DNA of 64,000 nt, taken from the IMG/VR virus record IMGVR_UViG_3300037067_016725, positions 1 to 64,000 of that record; one strand, written 5' to 3'. Positions within the stretch are counted from its first letter, which is position 1; the number at the start of each line of letters is the position of its first letter. The DNA comes from a virus (taxonomy: Duplodnaviria; Caudoviricetes). The translations under genes were made by a program, and so were the position numbers. The notes beneath the pieces are model-generated. The model had not been told where the DNA came from. It searched no databases and saw nothing but the letters and a program-made list of their open reading frames with translations. Shown one piece after another: positions 1 through 9,054 of the stretch.

Positions 1-2
1 TG

Positions 3-2309
3 ATTTCGGATGAGGTTAAGATGCTTTCCCCCACAGTGTTTATGGGGGGAGCACACATCTATATCACATCTGTAGGGAAATGGGTTGTTCAGAACACCAT
101 TGAAGCACCTAATAAGGTACTGTTTGTAGTAGCAACCGATGCCACGGGTAACACGGATAATGACTACTACTATGATGGCTCAGAGTATGGGGAAGATTCC
201 TATTATGCTGAAGGGTCCTATAGTGATGATGGGTATGGGTATTCTTGCTCCTCTGATATTGTTAGCTGGGAGAAAAATGCCAACCCAAATATAAATGTCA
301 CTTGGTTTGGTATGCGGTGCTCGGATGGGTCTACCAATTATGCCTCCTTAAATAAGGATGCTGTAACTCTCCTGTACAAACTTTTCCACTGTCTCGGAAA
401 CTCCGCGGTATACTATTTCCCTCCAGGGGAATACACCTTCATGGATTCCTTCGGCTCTGTGGACTTTGGGGATGCTCTCTTGGAGATGGCTCCAAATTCC
501 ATGTTTGACATAAGGGATACCTCTTATTTCAGAATCTCAGGGTTTGTAGGAGATAGCAATGGATGTAAGTTCCTCTATCAATATACAGATGCCGCTGATG
601 TGAATTTCCCCATTATAAGTGGAGGGGATATCCACGTTGAGTGGTTTAGAACAAAAGGCTTCTCAGATTCGGATACCCTAAAGTTTGCTATAGGGTCTTT
701 GTTACGCTCCGTAGAAAAGGGGTATAAATACTCTGGGACATATGGGTATGGAGCTTATGACTATGCATGGCTGACTGGTGAAGGAAGGACATACGCCATA
801 ACTAAAAACTTGGTATTTTCGGCAGGAAAGAAGTATGCTGAGAATGACACTGCCTACTATGGTTATGGAGCCGGTATAAAGGATGTGTCCATAGACTTTG
901 GTGATTCTGGTTTTATGATCCAAACATCAGAGATAGGCTCATCCACCTATACCGCAATCAATGTAGAGGGGTGGAAGTTCAGTAACATGGTCTTTGGGGC
1001 TTCTTACTCTAACTATATAAACCTGGTGTTTGCAAACAACGCCTTGTTTGAAAAATGTAGGTTTGAGGGTGGAGTGACCATAGATACCTATGGTTCCGAT
1101 TATCCGAGCTATGTTTCCCCTAACACCCGCATTGTAAACTGTGTGTTTGTAAATAGCGGTATAAAACTAGCTAGTGGGTCGATACAGAGCTGTTCCTTTG
1201 AATACAATGGCAGCTATTACCTTACTCATCTAGATGTATACGATATCAACCTACTGTACTCCTGCAACTTTTCGGGAAACAAGATAACTTGTGTGCCCGG
1301 AACTTCTGGTATACCCCTATACCCAGTTCTGTCTGTAGGGTATCGCAGTACTGAGACATTTATCAGCAATTGCCAGTTTTATAGCTCTTCTATGACTATA
1401 AATAAGGGCAGTGGTGTCTCTGTTATCGGAAACTCTTTTGTGGCTGACAGCAATTATACTCCCAATACATTCCACAACCCTAAGATGAGTCCTTTGCTAG
1501 GTACATTCATAACCTTGGCAGGGTCCTCTTCCTCATCCACTCCTTATGAATGTGTTGGGTTGACTATAACAGGTAATAGATTCTTTGAACGCAGTATTGA
1601 GTCAGATGATGCTCAGTACGTTGACAACTATTCGGATATCTATGATATCGGTGGAGCTCCTACATATCTGACAAAGGCTACCGTCCTTAACTTTGAGGCA
1701 ATAGCTGTTGACTCCGGTACCTATTACAACAATGGAGAAATCTGGGATGTGGTGGTTAAGGATAATACCGGTACACGGGGCATCAATGTAAGGGCTACGG
1801 AGCTTACTGAGATGAGCATGATAATGGCAGAGGATATTGATAGCAGTACCACCTATTTTAATGTGCCACGTATTCATGGTTCTGCAGGATCATACTTTGG
1901 GGGTTACATCCTTGCTGAAACAGCAAGACGCCTTTTTGGGTACCCACAGGGTCCATTAGCCGTAACAGTGTCCGCTCGAGATTTTAAGAACAGTGTAGAT
2001 TATATGGGCATCCTTTCAGGGTCTTGCAGGATCATCAATAACGATGATATTAATGCATACTGGAGGGTGTACGTAGCACATGCCGTTATGCCTGAGAGCA
2101 CCTCAACTGCTATGACTTGGTATCCCGGAGGACCTTCTCATGTTGTGTCTGGGACTACCCGGTATTATGACTTGGTTATCAGGATAACTTTCAAGACCTA
2201 CAAGGAAAGGATGTCCTCTGCTATAGGGAACTATAAAACCTCAAACCCCTTTGAGCCTACGGTAAGGTTGAGATTATCCCGCTCGGGTGAAACCCTTAAT
2301 AGGATGTAA
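3..2309 (+). CDS. Tail fibre/spike-like protein with pectin-lyase-like beta-helix (5' partial)
   Basis: Frame is open to the window edge (no stop before the ATG at 21). YYFPPGEY cap motif and repeated xSNCxF/xGNxF beta-helix turns. Confidence 0.6.
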   Translation: MSDEVKMLSPTVFMGGAHIYITSVGKWVVQNTIEAPNKVLFVVATDATGNTDNDYYYDGSEYGEDSYYAEGSYSDDGYGYSCSSDIVSWEKNANPNINVTWFGMRCSDGSTNYASLNKDAVTLLYKLFHCLGNSAVYYFPPGEYTFMDSFGSVDFGDALLEMAPNSMFDIRDTSYFRISGFVGDSNGCKFLYQYTDAADVNFPIISGGDIHVEWFRTKGFSDSDTLKFAIGSLLRSVEKGYKYSGTYGYGAYDYAWLTGEGRTYAITKNLVFSAGKKYAENDTAYYGYGAGIKDVSIDFGDSGFMIQTSEIGSSTYTAINVEGWKFSNMVFGASYSNYINLVFANNALFEKCRFEGGVTIDTYGSDYPSYVSPNTRIVNCVFVNSGIKLASGSIQSCSFEYNGSYYLTHLDVYDINLLYSCNFSGNKITCVPGTSGIPLYPVLSVGYRSTETFISNCQFYSSSMTINKGSGVSVIGNSFVADSNYTPNTFHNPKMSPLLGTFITLAGSSSSSTPYECVGLTITGNRFFERSIESDDAQYVDNYSDIYDIGGAPTYLTKATVLNFEAIAVDSGTYYNNGEIWDVVVKDNTGTRGINVRATELTEMSMIMAEDIDSSTTYFNVPRIHGSAGSYFGGYILAETARRLFGYPQGPLAVTVSARDFKNSVDYMGILSGSCRIINNDDINAYWRVYVAHAVMPESTSTAMTWYPGGPSHVVSGTTRYYDLVIRITFKTYKERMSSAIGNYKTSNPFEPTVRLRLSRSGETLNRM

Positions 2310-2311
2310 TC

Positions 2312-2647
2312 ATGGCTGGATATGACGACCAAGGCGAGAACCCCTTCTTCCCCTCCTACCAGGAGGGGCCTGCAATTACCAAGACGGTTTTTCCAAGTCT
2401 TGCCAAAAGAATACCAATGGAAAGGGTCTATTGGCTCATAAAAACACATGGCCCAGGACTGACCCTGTATCAGAGGGATATGGTTTGGCATGAGATGCAG
2501 AATGCAGGTGTACTAGAAAAAATAGATGATCCCTCTTTTGAGGAACTGGTTAAGGGGATAGTACAAAAGGTCCAGGGTAAAACAGCATCTGCTATAAAGG
2601 CCTTCGATCAACGCCGGGAGAGGTCATTCTCTCCCCGCAATACATAG
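2312..2647 (+). CDS. Hypothetical protein (carries KTAS site)
   Basis: 111-aa ORF starting 2 nt after the upstream stop. Confidence 0.6.
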   Translation: MAGYDDQGENPFFPSYQEGPAITKTVFPSLAKRIPMERVYWLIKTHGPGLTLYQRDMVWHEMQNAGVLEKIDDPSFEELVKGIVQKVQGKTASAIKAFDQRRERSFSPRNT

Positions 2648-2657
2648 GAAATAACAC

Positions 2658-2993
2658 ATGGCTGAGAAGAAGAACACTAGAAAAGAGTCCTATGACCGGA
2701 TGGTTAGGGAAATTCAAGCGGATGCCCGCAGAGTTAATGACCTGTTTCAGGTGTCATCCTCCCAAAGGGGTGCCCTGGAAAAAAGTCTAGGGTTGTTTGT
2801 TAAGGCAAGCGAAGAAGCGGAAGATCACTTAAAGGGTCTGTCTAACAAGATGCAGGAAGTTGATGAGCAAGGGGCAGATGAGATTCGGAGGATACGGGTT
2901 GTTAATGCCTCAAATCTCCGATTAGCCAGAAGCCTTATGGCAAACTTCGGTAGAATCCGAGACTTGAAGTCAAATTCCCTCATAGTCTCTTGA
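2658..2993 (+). CDS. Hypothetical coiled-coil protein
   Basis: 111 aa, AGGA RBS, helical and charged. Confidence 0.6.
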   Translation: MAEKKNTRKESYDRMVREIQADARRVNDLFQVSSSQRGALEKSLGLFVKASEEAEDHLKGLSNKMQEVDEQGADEIRRIRVVNASNLRLARSLMANFGRIRDLKSNSLIVS

Positions 2994-3011
2994 TAGTAAA
3001 GGATCCCCTAT

Positions 3012-4898
3012 ATGAGCACAACTAAGAAATTGTCCGAAAGGAAGAAGCTATCCGTCCGCGTGTCTGGCATTGACGGGGCAGACTCTACCCCTGCTAGAAG
3101 GGCTTCTATCCCTTATACCGAAAAAGAAATACAGGCCCGTAAGGTTGAAGCACAGAGTAAAATGGTAAGGTTGGCAGGGGGTTTTCCCAGCAGGACGGCT
3201 AATGCCTATATGTCCGGGGATACCATGGATGGCTCAGGTGGTAACTGGTATTCTCCCCAGTTAAGTACGGACTTTCTTGAGAAGCCCCAGAACCTGAGAG
3301 AAAGAAGAGCCTGGTATCGACATTTTTATAATTCTTCGGAGATAGTGGGTGCAGCAATAGACCTACACAGCACCATCCCCCTATCCAAGCTTCGCCTTCG
3401 CAAACCAAAGGCTGCAAACCCTCATTTGGCAGAATATTCCTATCGCTTCTTTTCAAAGATGATAGACAGGCTAAAGCTGCTGAAAACACTTACTGAGATA
3501 AGTCATGAGTACTGGATGTTTGGTAATGTGGTACCCTATGTGGAAGACCATAACCCCTACATGGACATGGCGGAGGATGCAAAGAACTCACTAAAGGCAA
3601 GAGGAAAAGCTCAGTCTGATCTTCTTTTAGAGAAGTACAAGATAAAAGATACTGACCCTAACTATGTGGGATGGAGAAAGGTAACTATCCTCCCTCCTGA
3701 TCAAGTACGCATAGTGAGAAAGCCCTTCTCGGATAACCCTATCATTGAGTTCCTGCCAGATCCAGAAACTAAGGCAGTACTGAACAGATCCTTTAGCCTG
3801 CAGAGCTCGGCATGGGATGCCTCAAGTGATCCCTTCACACAAACAAGGGTTCCCGAGGCAATGCTGGAATCATTGGCTGAGGGAGGGACAATCCTTCTGC
3901 AGCAGAACCCTAACGAAGGGTCCTTTGCAACTCACATAGCTCGTAAGAAGTCCCAGTATGAGACCCTAGGTGTTTCCATTCTGGAAAGGTGTGTGAATAC
4001 CCTTCTTGTGAAGGATAAGCTGCGCCAGGCCCAGACTTCAATTGCCTCTAGGCATATGACTCCCATTCGAGTAGTATGGGGAGAGAAGCTCAATGACATG
4101 CAGCTTGATGATCTGCGTATGCAGATTGACATGTCCTTGATGGACCCGGACTACTCTATCGTGGCAAACTATGAGATCCACTGGGACGAACAGGGTTCAA
4201 ACCAGAGACTTCTGGATTTAACCAATGAATTTGAAAGATATGATGCGGACCTGTATGCCGGCCTTGGTGTTACTAAGGAAATGATGACAGGTGAAGCATC
4301 CTACTCTGGTTCTAAGATTTCCCTGGAACTCTTGAACATCCAGTATATGCTGTTCCGTGAAATGCTGCAGGAGTTTGTAGAAAAGTCCTTGTTTGAGCCT
4401 GTAGCTAGACGCAAGGGTTTTGTTGAGACAGATGAGTATGGGAATGAGATTGTAATTTATCCCAAGATATCCTTTACCCGCATGTCCATTAGGGATAACG
4501 ATTCCGTGTTTGAACAGGTCATGCAGCTGTATAACAAGGGAAGCATTCCCGCTGATGATATCTATGATATCCTAGGTCTTGATGGAGATTCTGTTGCTGC
4601 CAAGCTGAACAACGATCTGTTTACTGTCAAGGATGCCTCTTTGAATGACCTTGTACGCGGAGCCTACCAGGCAGCCGCCCAGGATCTGGTACAGAAGACC
4701 AATCTAACTCAAAAGGCAGCAGAAGCCCTGAACCTATCCATAAATGCGGAATCTGCAGCAGGTGGTGATGACGCTGCTGCAGCTGCAGGGGGTATGAGGT
4801 TTGCAAGTGGGGACCCCTCCCTTAAAAAGCTATTTGAGAAACTGGCTTCAAACCCAGCCCTGGCCAAGAGACTTTTAGGAGAGATGGAAGGAGTATAA
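3012..4898 (+). CDS. Portal protein
   Basis: 628 aa at the start of the head module. Motifs RAWYRHFY...VGAAIDLH, HEYWMFGN, HIARK...GVSILERC, GLGVTKEMMTGEASYS resemble, from recall, portals of Bxz1-like large myoviruses. Confidence 0.8.
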   Translation: MSTTKKLSERKKLSVRVSGIDGADSTPARRASIPYTEKEIQARKVEAQSKMVRLAGGFPSRTANAYMSGDTMDGSGGNWYSPQLSTDFLEKPQNLRERRAWYRHFYNSSEIVGAAIDLHSTIPLSKLRLRKPKAANPHLAEYSYRFFSKMIDRLKLLKTLTEISHEYWMFGNVVPYVEDHNPYMDMAEDAKNSLKARGKAQSDLLLEKYKIKDTDPNYVGWRKVTILPPDQVRIVRKPFSDNPIIEFLPDPETKAVLNRSFSLQSSAWDASSDPFTQTRVPEAMLESLAEGGTILLQQNPNEGSFATHIARKKSQYETLGVSILERCVNTLLVKDKLRQAQTSIASRHMTPIRVVWGEKLNDMQLDDLRMQIDMSLMDPDYSIVANYEIHWDEQGSNQRLLDLTNEFERYDADLYAGLGVTKEMMTGEASYSGSKISLELLNIQYMLFREMLQEFVEKSLFEPVARRKGFVETDEYGNEIVIYPKISFTRMSIRDNDSVFEQVMQLYNKGSIPADDIYDILGLDGDSVAAKLNNDLFTVKDASLNDLVRGAYQAAAQDLVQKTNLTQKAAEALNLSINAESAAGGDDAAAAAGGMRFASGDPSLKKLFEKLASNPALAKRLLGEMEGV

Positions 4899-4899
4899 C

Positions 4900-5178
4900 A
4901 TGCCTAACTTGGTTGCTATCGCAGAATTACTGAGAAAGATGGCGGATGAGCTAATAGGCTCGGAGCCTGAAAGCGCAGAGAAGGAAGCAGCTCTAAAGAG
5001 CCTCGATGACAAGCACAGGAAGTATATAAAGCCTCCTAATGAGAAACCCCCCAGAAGGGAGAAGGGTTTACCTTTGTCAGAGACTAGAGATTATGGAAAA
5101 GATTACATGAGGGAGTATCGGGCAGATGGGAAAGACCGCCATGCTTATATTCCCAAGAAAAAGAAGGTAGACAAATGA
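4900..5178 (+). CDS. Small basic head-associated protein
   Basis: 92 aa, GGAG RBS, N-terminal LLRKMADEL helix. Confidence 0.6.
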   Translation: MPNLVAIAELLRKMADELIGSEPESAEKEAALKSLDDKHRKYIKPPNEKPPRREKGLPLSETRDYGKDYMREYRADGKDRHAYIPKKKKVDK

Positions 5179-5459
5179 ACGCGATTGAAAGATTAGGGAA
5201 GTTGGTGGATGCCCTGAATGAGTTCGTGGCCGAGGGCAATAATGACGTTCATCCAGAAAAGGTACAAAAGGAATTTACAGCTGTGATGAAGGCAGCTCAT
5301 ACCTTGTCCTTTTCTGCAGTAGATGTGGCAACAAAGCTAGAAGCCGGGGAAGGTATTGATACTGAACCTAAGGAAAATAAGACAGCAGATACCATGTCTC
5401 GATTTGCTGCAGTTATTGATCTACATCAGAAAAAGAAGGCTTCTGCCCTGTATGGATAA
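5175..5459 (+). CDS. Hypothetical protein
   Basis: 94 aa with KTAD and KKAS sites. Its stop codon is the first TAA of the promoter motif. Confidence 0.6.
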   Translation: MNAIERLGKLVDALNEFVAEGNNDVHPEKVQKEFTAVMKAAHTLSFSAVDVATKLEAGEGIDTEPKENKTADTMSRFAAVIDLHQKKKASALYG

Positions 5460-5468
5460 TCTTTTAAT
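5457..5468 (+). promoter_or_regulatory. Putative late promoter motif TAATCTTTTAAT
   Basis: Exact TAATCTnnTAAT copy upstream of 5516. Confidence 0.7.
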
Positions 5469-5515
5469 CCATATAAGACCACCAGAGAAATTTTAACAGT
5501 ATCAGGCGCTTTCCT

Positions 5516-6211
5516 ATGTCTAAAAAAGAAAACATCTTAAAGGGTATCCCTGAAGTTGACAACAATGCTAGGGATCGCTTTACCTATTGGAAGACCCCTG
5601 TTATAGAGGAATCCTCTAATGTTGGGGGAGATGCTTCCAATGGTGCCGGCCTAGTGGCAGGAGATATTACCGAAAAGGATATCAAGGCTATTGTAGACAA
5701 TGCCATCACTCAGGTAGACAAGAGAACCCTGGAGTCCGATAGGACAGGGGCGGTATTCTCTGCTGTCCTAATGGCCATCAGTTCATTAGACGATGGAAAG
5801 TGGCAGTCTAAAGTTGGGCCTGAGGTGTTTGACCTCATATGCCAGCAAACAGACAAGGCTCTTACAGGGAAGAAAGAAAGCAAGATTGAGAAGACCAAAG
5901 ACCAGAACGATGAGACTATGGAAATGGCAAAGAGTGCAGCAGCCCCTAAGGTTACGGAAGTAACTGATACTGGAAGGGTTAAGTCAGTACCCAAAGCAAA
6001 AGTCATGAAGGTGCTCCAAGGAGTCCCTACAAGGGCTAGAGCTCAAGTCCGCAATCAGATGTCGGGAGGAGGGAACATAATGCTCCTGGCTTCCCTGGTA
6101 GGATGCCTGGACAAAGTAGCTGGCAACCTGCAGGCAGCAGGGCGTAATGATCTTGCCGAAGAATTAGATAAAGTGGCCAATGCTATCGAGGCTTCTTCGG
6201 AGGGGGTCTGA
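5516..6211 (+). CDS. Putative internal head protein with C-terminal LDKVA helical tag
   Basis: C-terminus LDKVAGNLQAAGRNDLAEELDKVANAI is shared with the 6482 and 14361 products. Confidence 0.55.
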   Translation: MSKKENILKGIPEVDNNARDRFTYWKTPVIEESSNVGGDASNGAGLVAGDITEKDIKAIVDNAITQVDKRTLESDRTGAVFSAVLMAISSLDDGKWQSKVGPEVFDLICQQTDKALTGKKESKIEKTKDQNDETMEMAKSAAAPKVTEVTDTGRVKSVPKAKVMKVLQGVPTRARAQVRNQMSGGGNIMLLASLVGCLDKVAGNLQAAGRNDLAEELDKVANAIEASSEGV

Positions 6212-6471
6212 TGGACAAGGTTAAGAAGTTCCTCAAGGCTTTCCTCCCGTTAGTTACAGATACCAACGACCAAGGTAAGAGAAAGGTATCCATAGGAAGG
6301 GCTCCATTATTTGTTGTCCTGCTCACTATGTGCTACCATTATATTACAAAAGGAACTGGTCCCGATTCTGGAATACTGGCTTTTATCGGTATGGCCATGG
6401 CTTACAACGGATTCAGTAAAACAAAACTAACCCAGGGCGACGGTGGAAACAACGAAGCCCCCATGGACTAA
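6211..6471 (+). CDS. Small two-TM membrane protein (holin-like)
   Basis: 86 aa with two hydrophobic segments and a SIGR motif before TM1. TGATG coupling to the upstream gene. Confidence 0.45.
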   Translation: MDKVKKFLKAFLPLVTDTNDQGKRKVSIGRAPLFVVLLTMCYHYITKGTGPDSGILAFIGMAMAYNGFSKTKLTQGDGGNNEAPMD

Positions 6472-6481
6472 AGAGGTGACC

Positions 6482-7006
6482 ATGTTTACCAAGGAAGCAC
6501 TAGAGAAATACAAGATGGCTACAGAACTCCAGCTGGAAGGTCTGAAGCTTATCAAACAGTCCATGGATCTCATGGATTCTGCCCAGGCTGCCGAGAAGGT
6601 AGTTGGGGACCCCTCCCCTGTTACAGTTGTACAGGGTGAAGGAGGCGGTGCCCCCGCCCCCGCACAAGAAGGGGCTGAAATTATTTTAGCACTTCCAGAC
6701 GAAGTCCGTACTGCATGCCTTGAAACCTTGGATAAGGTGGCTAGGGAGCTTTCTGCCTCTCAGGTAGAAGATCAACTCAAGATGGCTCTGCAGTTGGATG
6801 ATATCGCCTCGAATATCCAGAAGAATGCTTTCGTGTATGAGAAGGATAGGATTGACCCTGAACAAGAGATCAAGGATTTCTTCGAGAAGGGCCAACAGAT
6901 CCATGAAGGTGGAAAGAACCTACCTGATGCGGAAATGTTCAGGACAGATATTAGTCACGAAGTGGCTTCCATGGTAAAGAACCCAGCTCCTTACCAAAAG
7001 CTATGA
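6482..7006 (+). CDS. Putative internal head protein with LDKVA helical tag
   Basis: Start moved to ATG 6482 (GAGGTGA RBS). Contains LDKVARELSASQVEDQLKMALQLDDIASNI. Confidence 0.55.
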   Translation: MFTKEALEKYKMATELQLEGLKLIKQSMDLMDSAQAAEKVVGDPSPVTVVQGEGGGAPAPAQEGAEIILALPDEVRTACLETLDKVARELSASQVEDQLKMALQLDDIASNIQKNAFVYEKDRIDPEQEIKDFFEKGQQIHEGGKNLPDAEMFRTDISHEVASMVKNPAPYQKL

Positions 7007-7007
7007 T

Positions 7008-7559
7008 CTAGATACCGTTCTCTATTCTCCACTCAATGAGGTATAGAGCGGAATTCACACACTTGTCATCAAGGCAAGCCTTTCCTACGAAGGAAGGGCT
7101 TGCTTCTTTTTCAAAGATATCCAAGAACTGAGGAATTTCCCTGTTAAGGATATGAGGGAATGCCGTCCAGGTGTTAGCAATAGCCTCTGGGGGTGTGGTT
7201 AAAACAGTGTGGCAGGAGACAAAAGCGGTCTCCATAGCTTCTGACATCGCTGTGACCCTTTTTTCAGACAACTTCTCATAAATTTGTTTTAGGGTAACCT
7301 TCCCATACCTCTGGGTAAAAAGAGACCGGTATTCTTCTCTGGTAGAAGCAATCTCCTCAGGGTCAATAAAGAAGGGTGCCATAGGGTCTGTATTCCATAG
7401 CCTGGAATTTTTTATGCGAAGGGAATCCTCACGGGGTATCTCGTTCTGGATATTGTGGAAATCCCAGAAATGGTCGAAAAGGGAGCCTAGCTCTTTCATA
7501 GTCAAAGGTCCTCCGTAAGTAGCCATAAATAGCATATACCCGTGAAAACCCGGTAACAT
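7008..7559 (-). CDS. Hypothetical protein, the only credible minus-strand gene
   Basis: 183-aa ORF filling a gap that has no + strand ORF. Start uncertain. Confidence 0.55.
   Translation of the reverse strand: MLPGFHGYMLFMATYGGPLTMKELGSLFDHFWDFHNIQNEIPREDSLRIKNSRLWNTDPMAPFFIDPEEIASTREEYRSLFTQRYGKVTLKQIYEKLSEKRVTAMSEAMETAFVSCHTVLTTPPEAIANTWTAFPHILNREIPQFLDIFEKEASPSFVGKACLDDKCVNSALYLIEWRIENGI
7074..7111 (+). terminator. Intrinsic terminator inside the antisense ORF
   Basis: GCAAGCCTTTCCT-ACGA-AGGAAGGGCTTGC followed by TTCTTTTT. Confidence 0.6.
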
Positions 7560-7570
7560 AACCTTTTAAT
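7559..7570 (+). promoter_or_regulatory. Late promoter motif variant TAACCTTTTAAT
   Basis: One mismatch to consensus, upstream of 7608. Confidence 0.5.
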
Positions 7571-7607
7571 AGGATTTTTTTGAAAATAGAATTTCAAGGA
7601 AAACAGC

Positions 7608-8216
7608 ATGTTCAGCAATATAGAAGCCATCATAAAAGCTAAAGAACTACAACTACAAGGCATAAACACCTTGCTGGAATCCCTGGCCATCCAGGAATCT
7701 GTTCCCCCGATGGAAAGATTTGCGGGGGTCCTGAAATCTCTTTTGGATTCTTCAGAAGAAGGGAGTGCGGGTAACTCCGTAGCAAAAGAGGAGTTCCTAA
7801 AGGTATTTGAGTCCATGCATGGTATGGTGGACAAGCCGGACGCTATAGAAGGGTTGAAGAGGGACATAAAATTCCTGGAGAATGACGACTCCAATGTCCA
7901 CAGGCCTGTGATAGCCTATCTGAAGAAGTTTTTGAACTTGTTAGAACAGATGCCCTCGGAAGTTAACAGCCTTTACAACTGGCTTACAAACATAGGGGTT
8001 CCCGTCTCTGGTGGTAAGGAAGTAGATCCTGCTAGGATAGGGTATATGCTTGACCACCTGATGGACGAGTTTTCCAGCAGCACCGAATCCTCATCGGGTA
8101 AGGTGGATGCTTCTACCTGGACGGATGGGAGAGGGAAGGCTGAGTATGCTCCTAGAATACATCAGGCAATAGAGTTCGTGATGAAAGAGCAGCATAAGGT
8201 AGCTTCCAGAAGCTGA
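7608..8216 (+). CDS. Hypothetical protein (C-terminal KVAS)
   Basis: 202 aa, AAGGA RBS. Confidence 0.6.
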   Translation: MFSNIEAIIKAKELQLQGINTLLESLAIQESVPPMERFAGVLKSLLDSSEEGSAGNSVAKEEFLKVFESMHGMVDKPDAIEGLKRDIKFLENDDSNVHRPVIAYLKKFLNLLEQMPSEVNSLYNWLTNIGVPVSGGKEVDPARIGYMLDHLMDEFSSSTESSSGKVDASTWTDGRGKAEYAPRIHQAIEFVMKEQHKVASRS

Positions 8217-8222
8217 CCCATA

Positions 8223-8234
8223 TAATCTCCTAAT
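8223..8234 (+). promoter_or_regulatory. Late promoter motif TAATCTCCTAAT
   Basis: Exact copy upstream of 8312. Confidence 0.7.
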
Positions 8235-8311
8235 CCTAAACAGGGAATCTGTAATAATACTGTTTTCTTAACAAGAAGACAGTGCTTTGTCTTTAGGATT
8301 CGGAGATCGCT

Positions 8312-8866
8312 ATGCCAGCTTTATACCCGGTATCAGTAGCCGCAGAAGATTATAAAGTAGGTGACAACGTCAAGTGGTTCACCAGCTCAACAGATATTTC
8401 CCCTTACGTGGGAAGAGTGGTTGCTGTCAGCCCCAAAATACAGAAGGTGTGGGTCACCTGGCCGATTGGCGAGACCCAGCAGATGGCCCCAGAGGAGCTT
8501 ATCCTAGTTCCCGCTACTATGGGAATGTCTGTGGTTCCCGGGGACAACGGGTATGATTCTGTGGATAAGCAGATGTCTGCCAAGTACTTCGGCACAGTAC
8601 CTCCAGTTAAGAGGGAAGAGATTGCCATAAAGGTGGCAAATGACTTTAGCTCTTTTGTTTCCAAGGTGAATAAGAAGTCCTTGGAGAAAAAGGCTTCCGA
8701 AGAGTTTACCAGAAAAGCCTCTGATACCATCTCCCTCCATGTGGGTAGGATGAAGTCCGCAGGGATTCATAGCAAGGAAGCTTTTGCTGCAGTGTTTGAT
8801 GCTTTCGGTTCTTCCGTACCGGTAGAAGCCTTGCAGAGCATCGTGTCTGGTGTATACCAGGCTTAA
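8312..8866 (+). CDS. SH3/KOW-like head-associated protein
   Basis: YKVGDNV...GRVVAV...KVWVTW pattern. KVAN, KKAS and RKAS sites. Confidence 0.5.
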   Translation: MPALYPVSVAAEDYKVGDNVKWFTSSTDISPYVGRVVAVSPKIQKVWVTWPIGETQQMAPEELILVPATMGMSVVPGDNGYDSVDKQMSAKYFGTVPPVKREEIAIKVANDFSSFVSKVNKKSLEKKASEEFTRKASDTISLHVGRMKSAGIHSKEAFAAVFDAFGSSVPVEALQSIVSGVYQA

Positions 8867-8879
8867 CAAGGGGTACACA

Positions 8880-9041
8880 ATGGCAATGCTAAAAAGAGGG
8901 TCTTTCGATACTACCTCCATGGAAGATTGGAGTAAAGAGAAGCAAGCCGCTGCTGTAGGGCACGGTCCTCGAAAAACTTTTGCCGTAAAGAAACTTCCAA
9001 AGGGAGCCAAGCCCCTCTACGACGAACAAAAGACAAAATAA
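8880..9041 (+). CDS. Small basic hypothetical protein
   Basis: Start moved to ATG 8880 (GGGG RBS), 53 aa. Confidence 0.45.
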   Translation: MAMLKRGSFDTTSMEDWSKEKQAAAVGHGPRKTFAVKKLPKGAKPLYDEQKTK

Positions 9042-9054
9042 GGGGTTTCCTGAT

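Noticed and set aside
2312-3011. Terminase genes upstream of the portal
   Set aside because: Only two 111-aa ORFs with no ATPase or nuclease motifs. The large terminase must lie outside this window.
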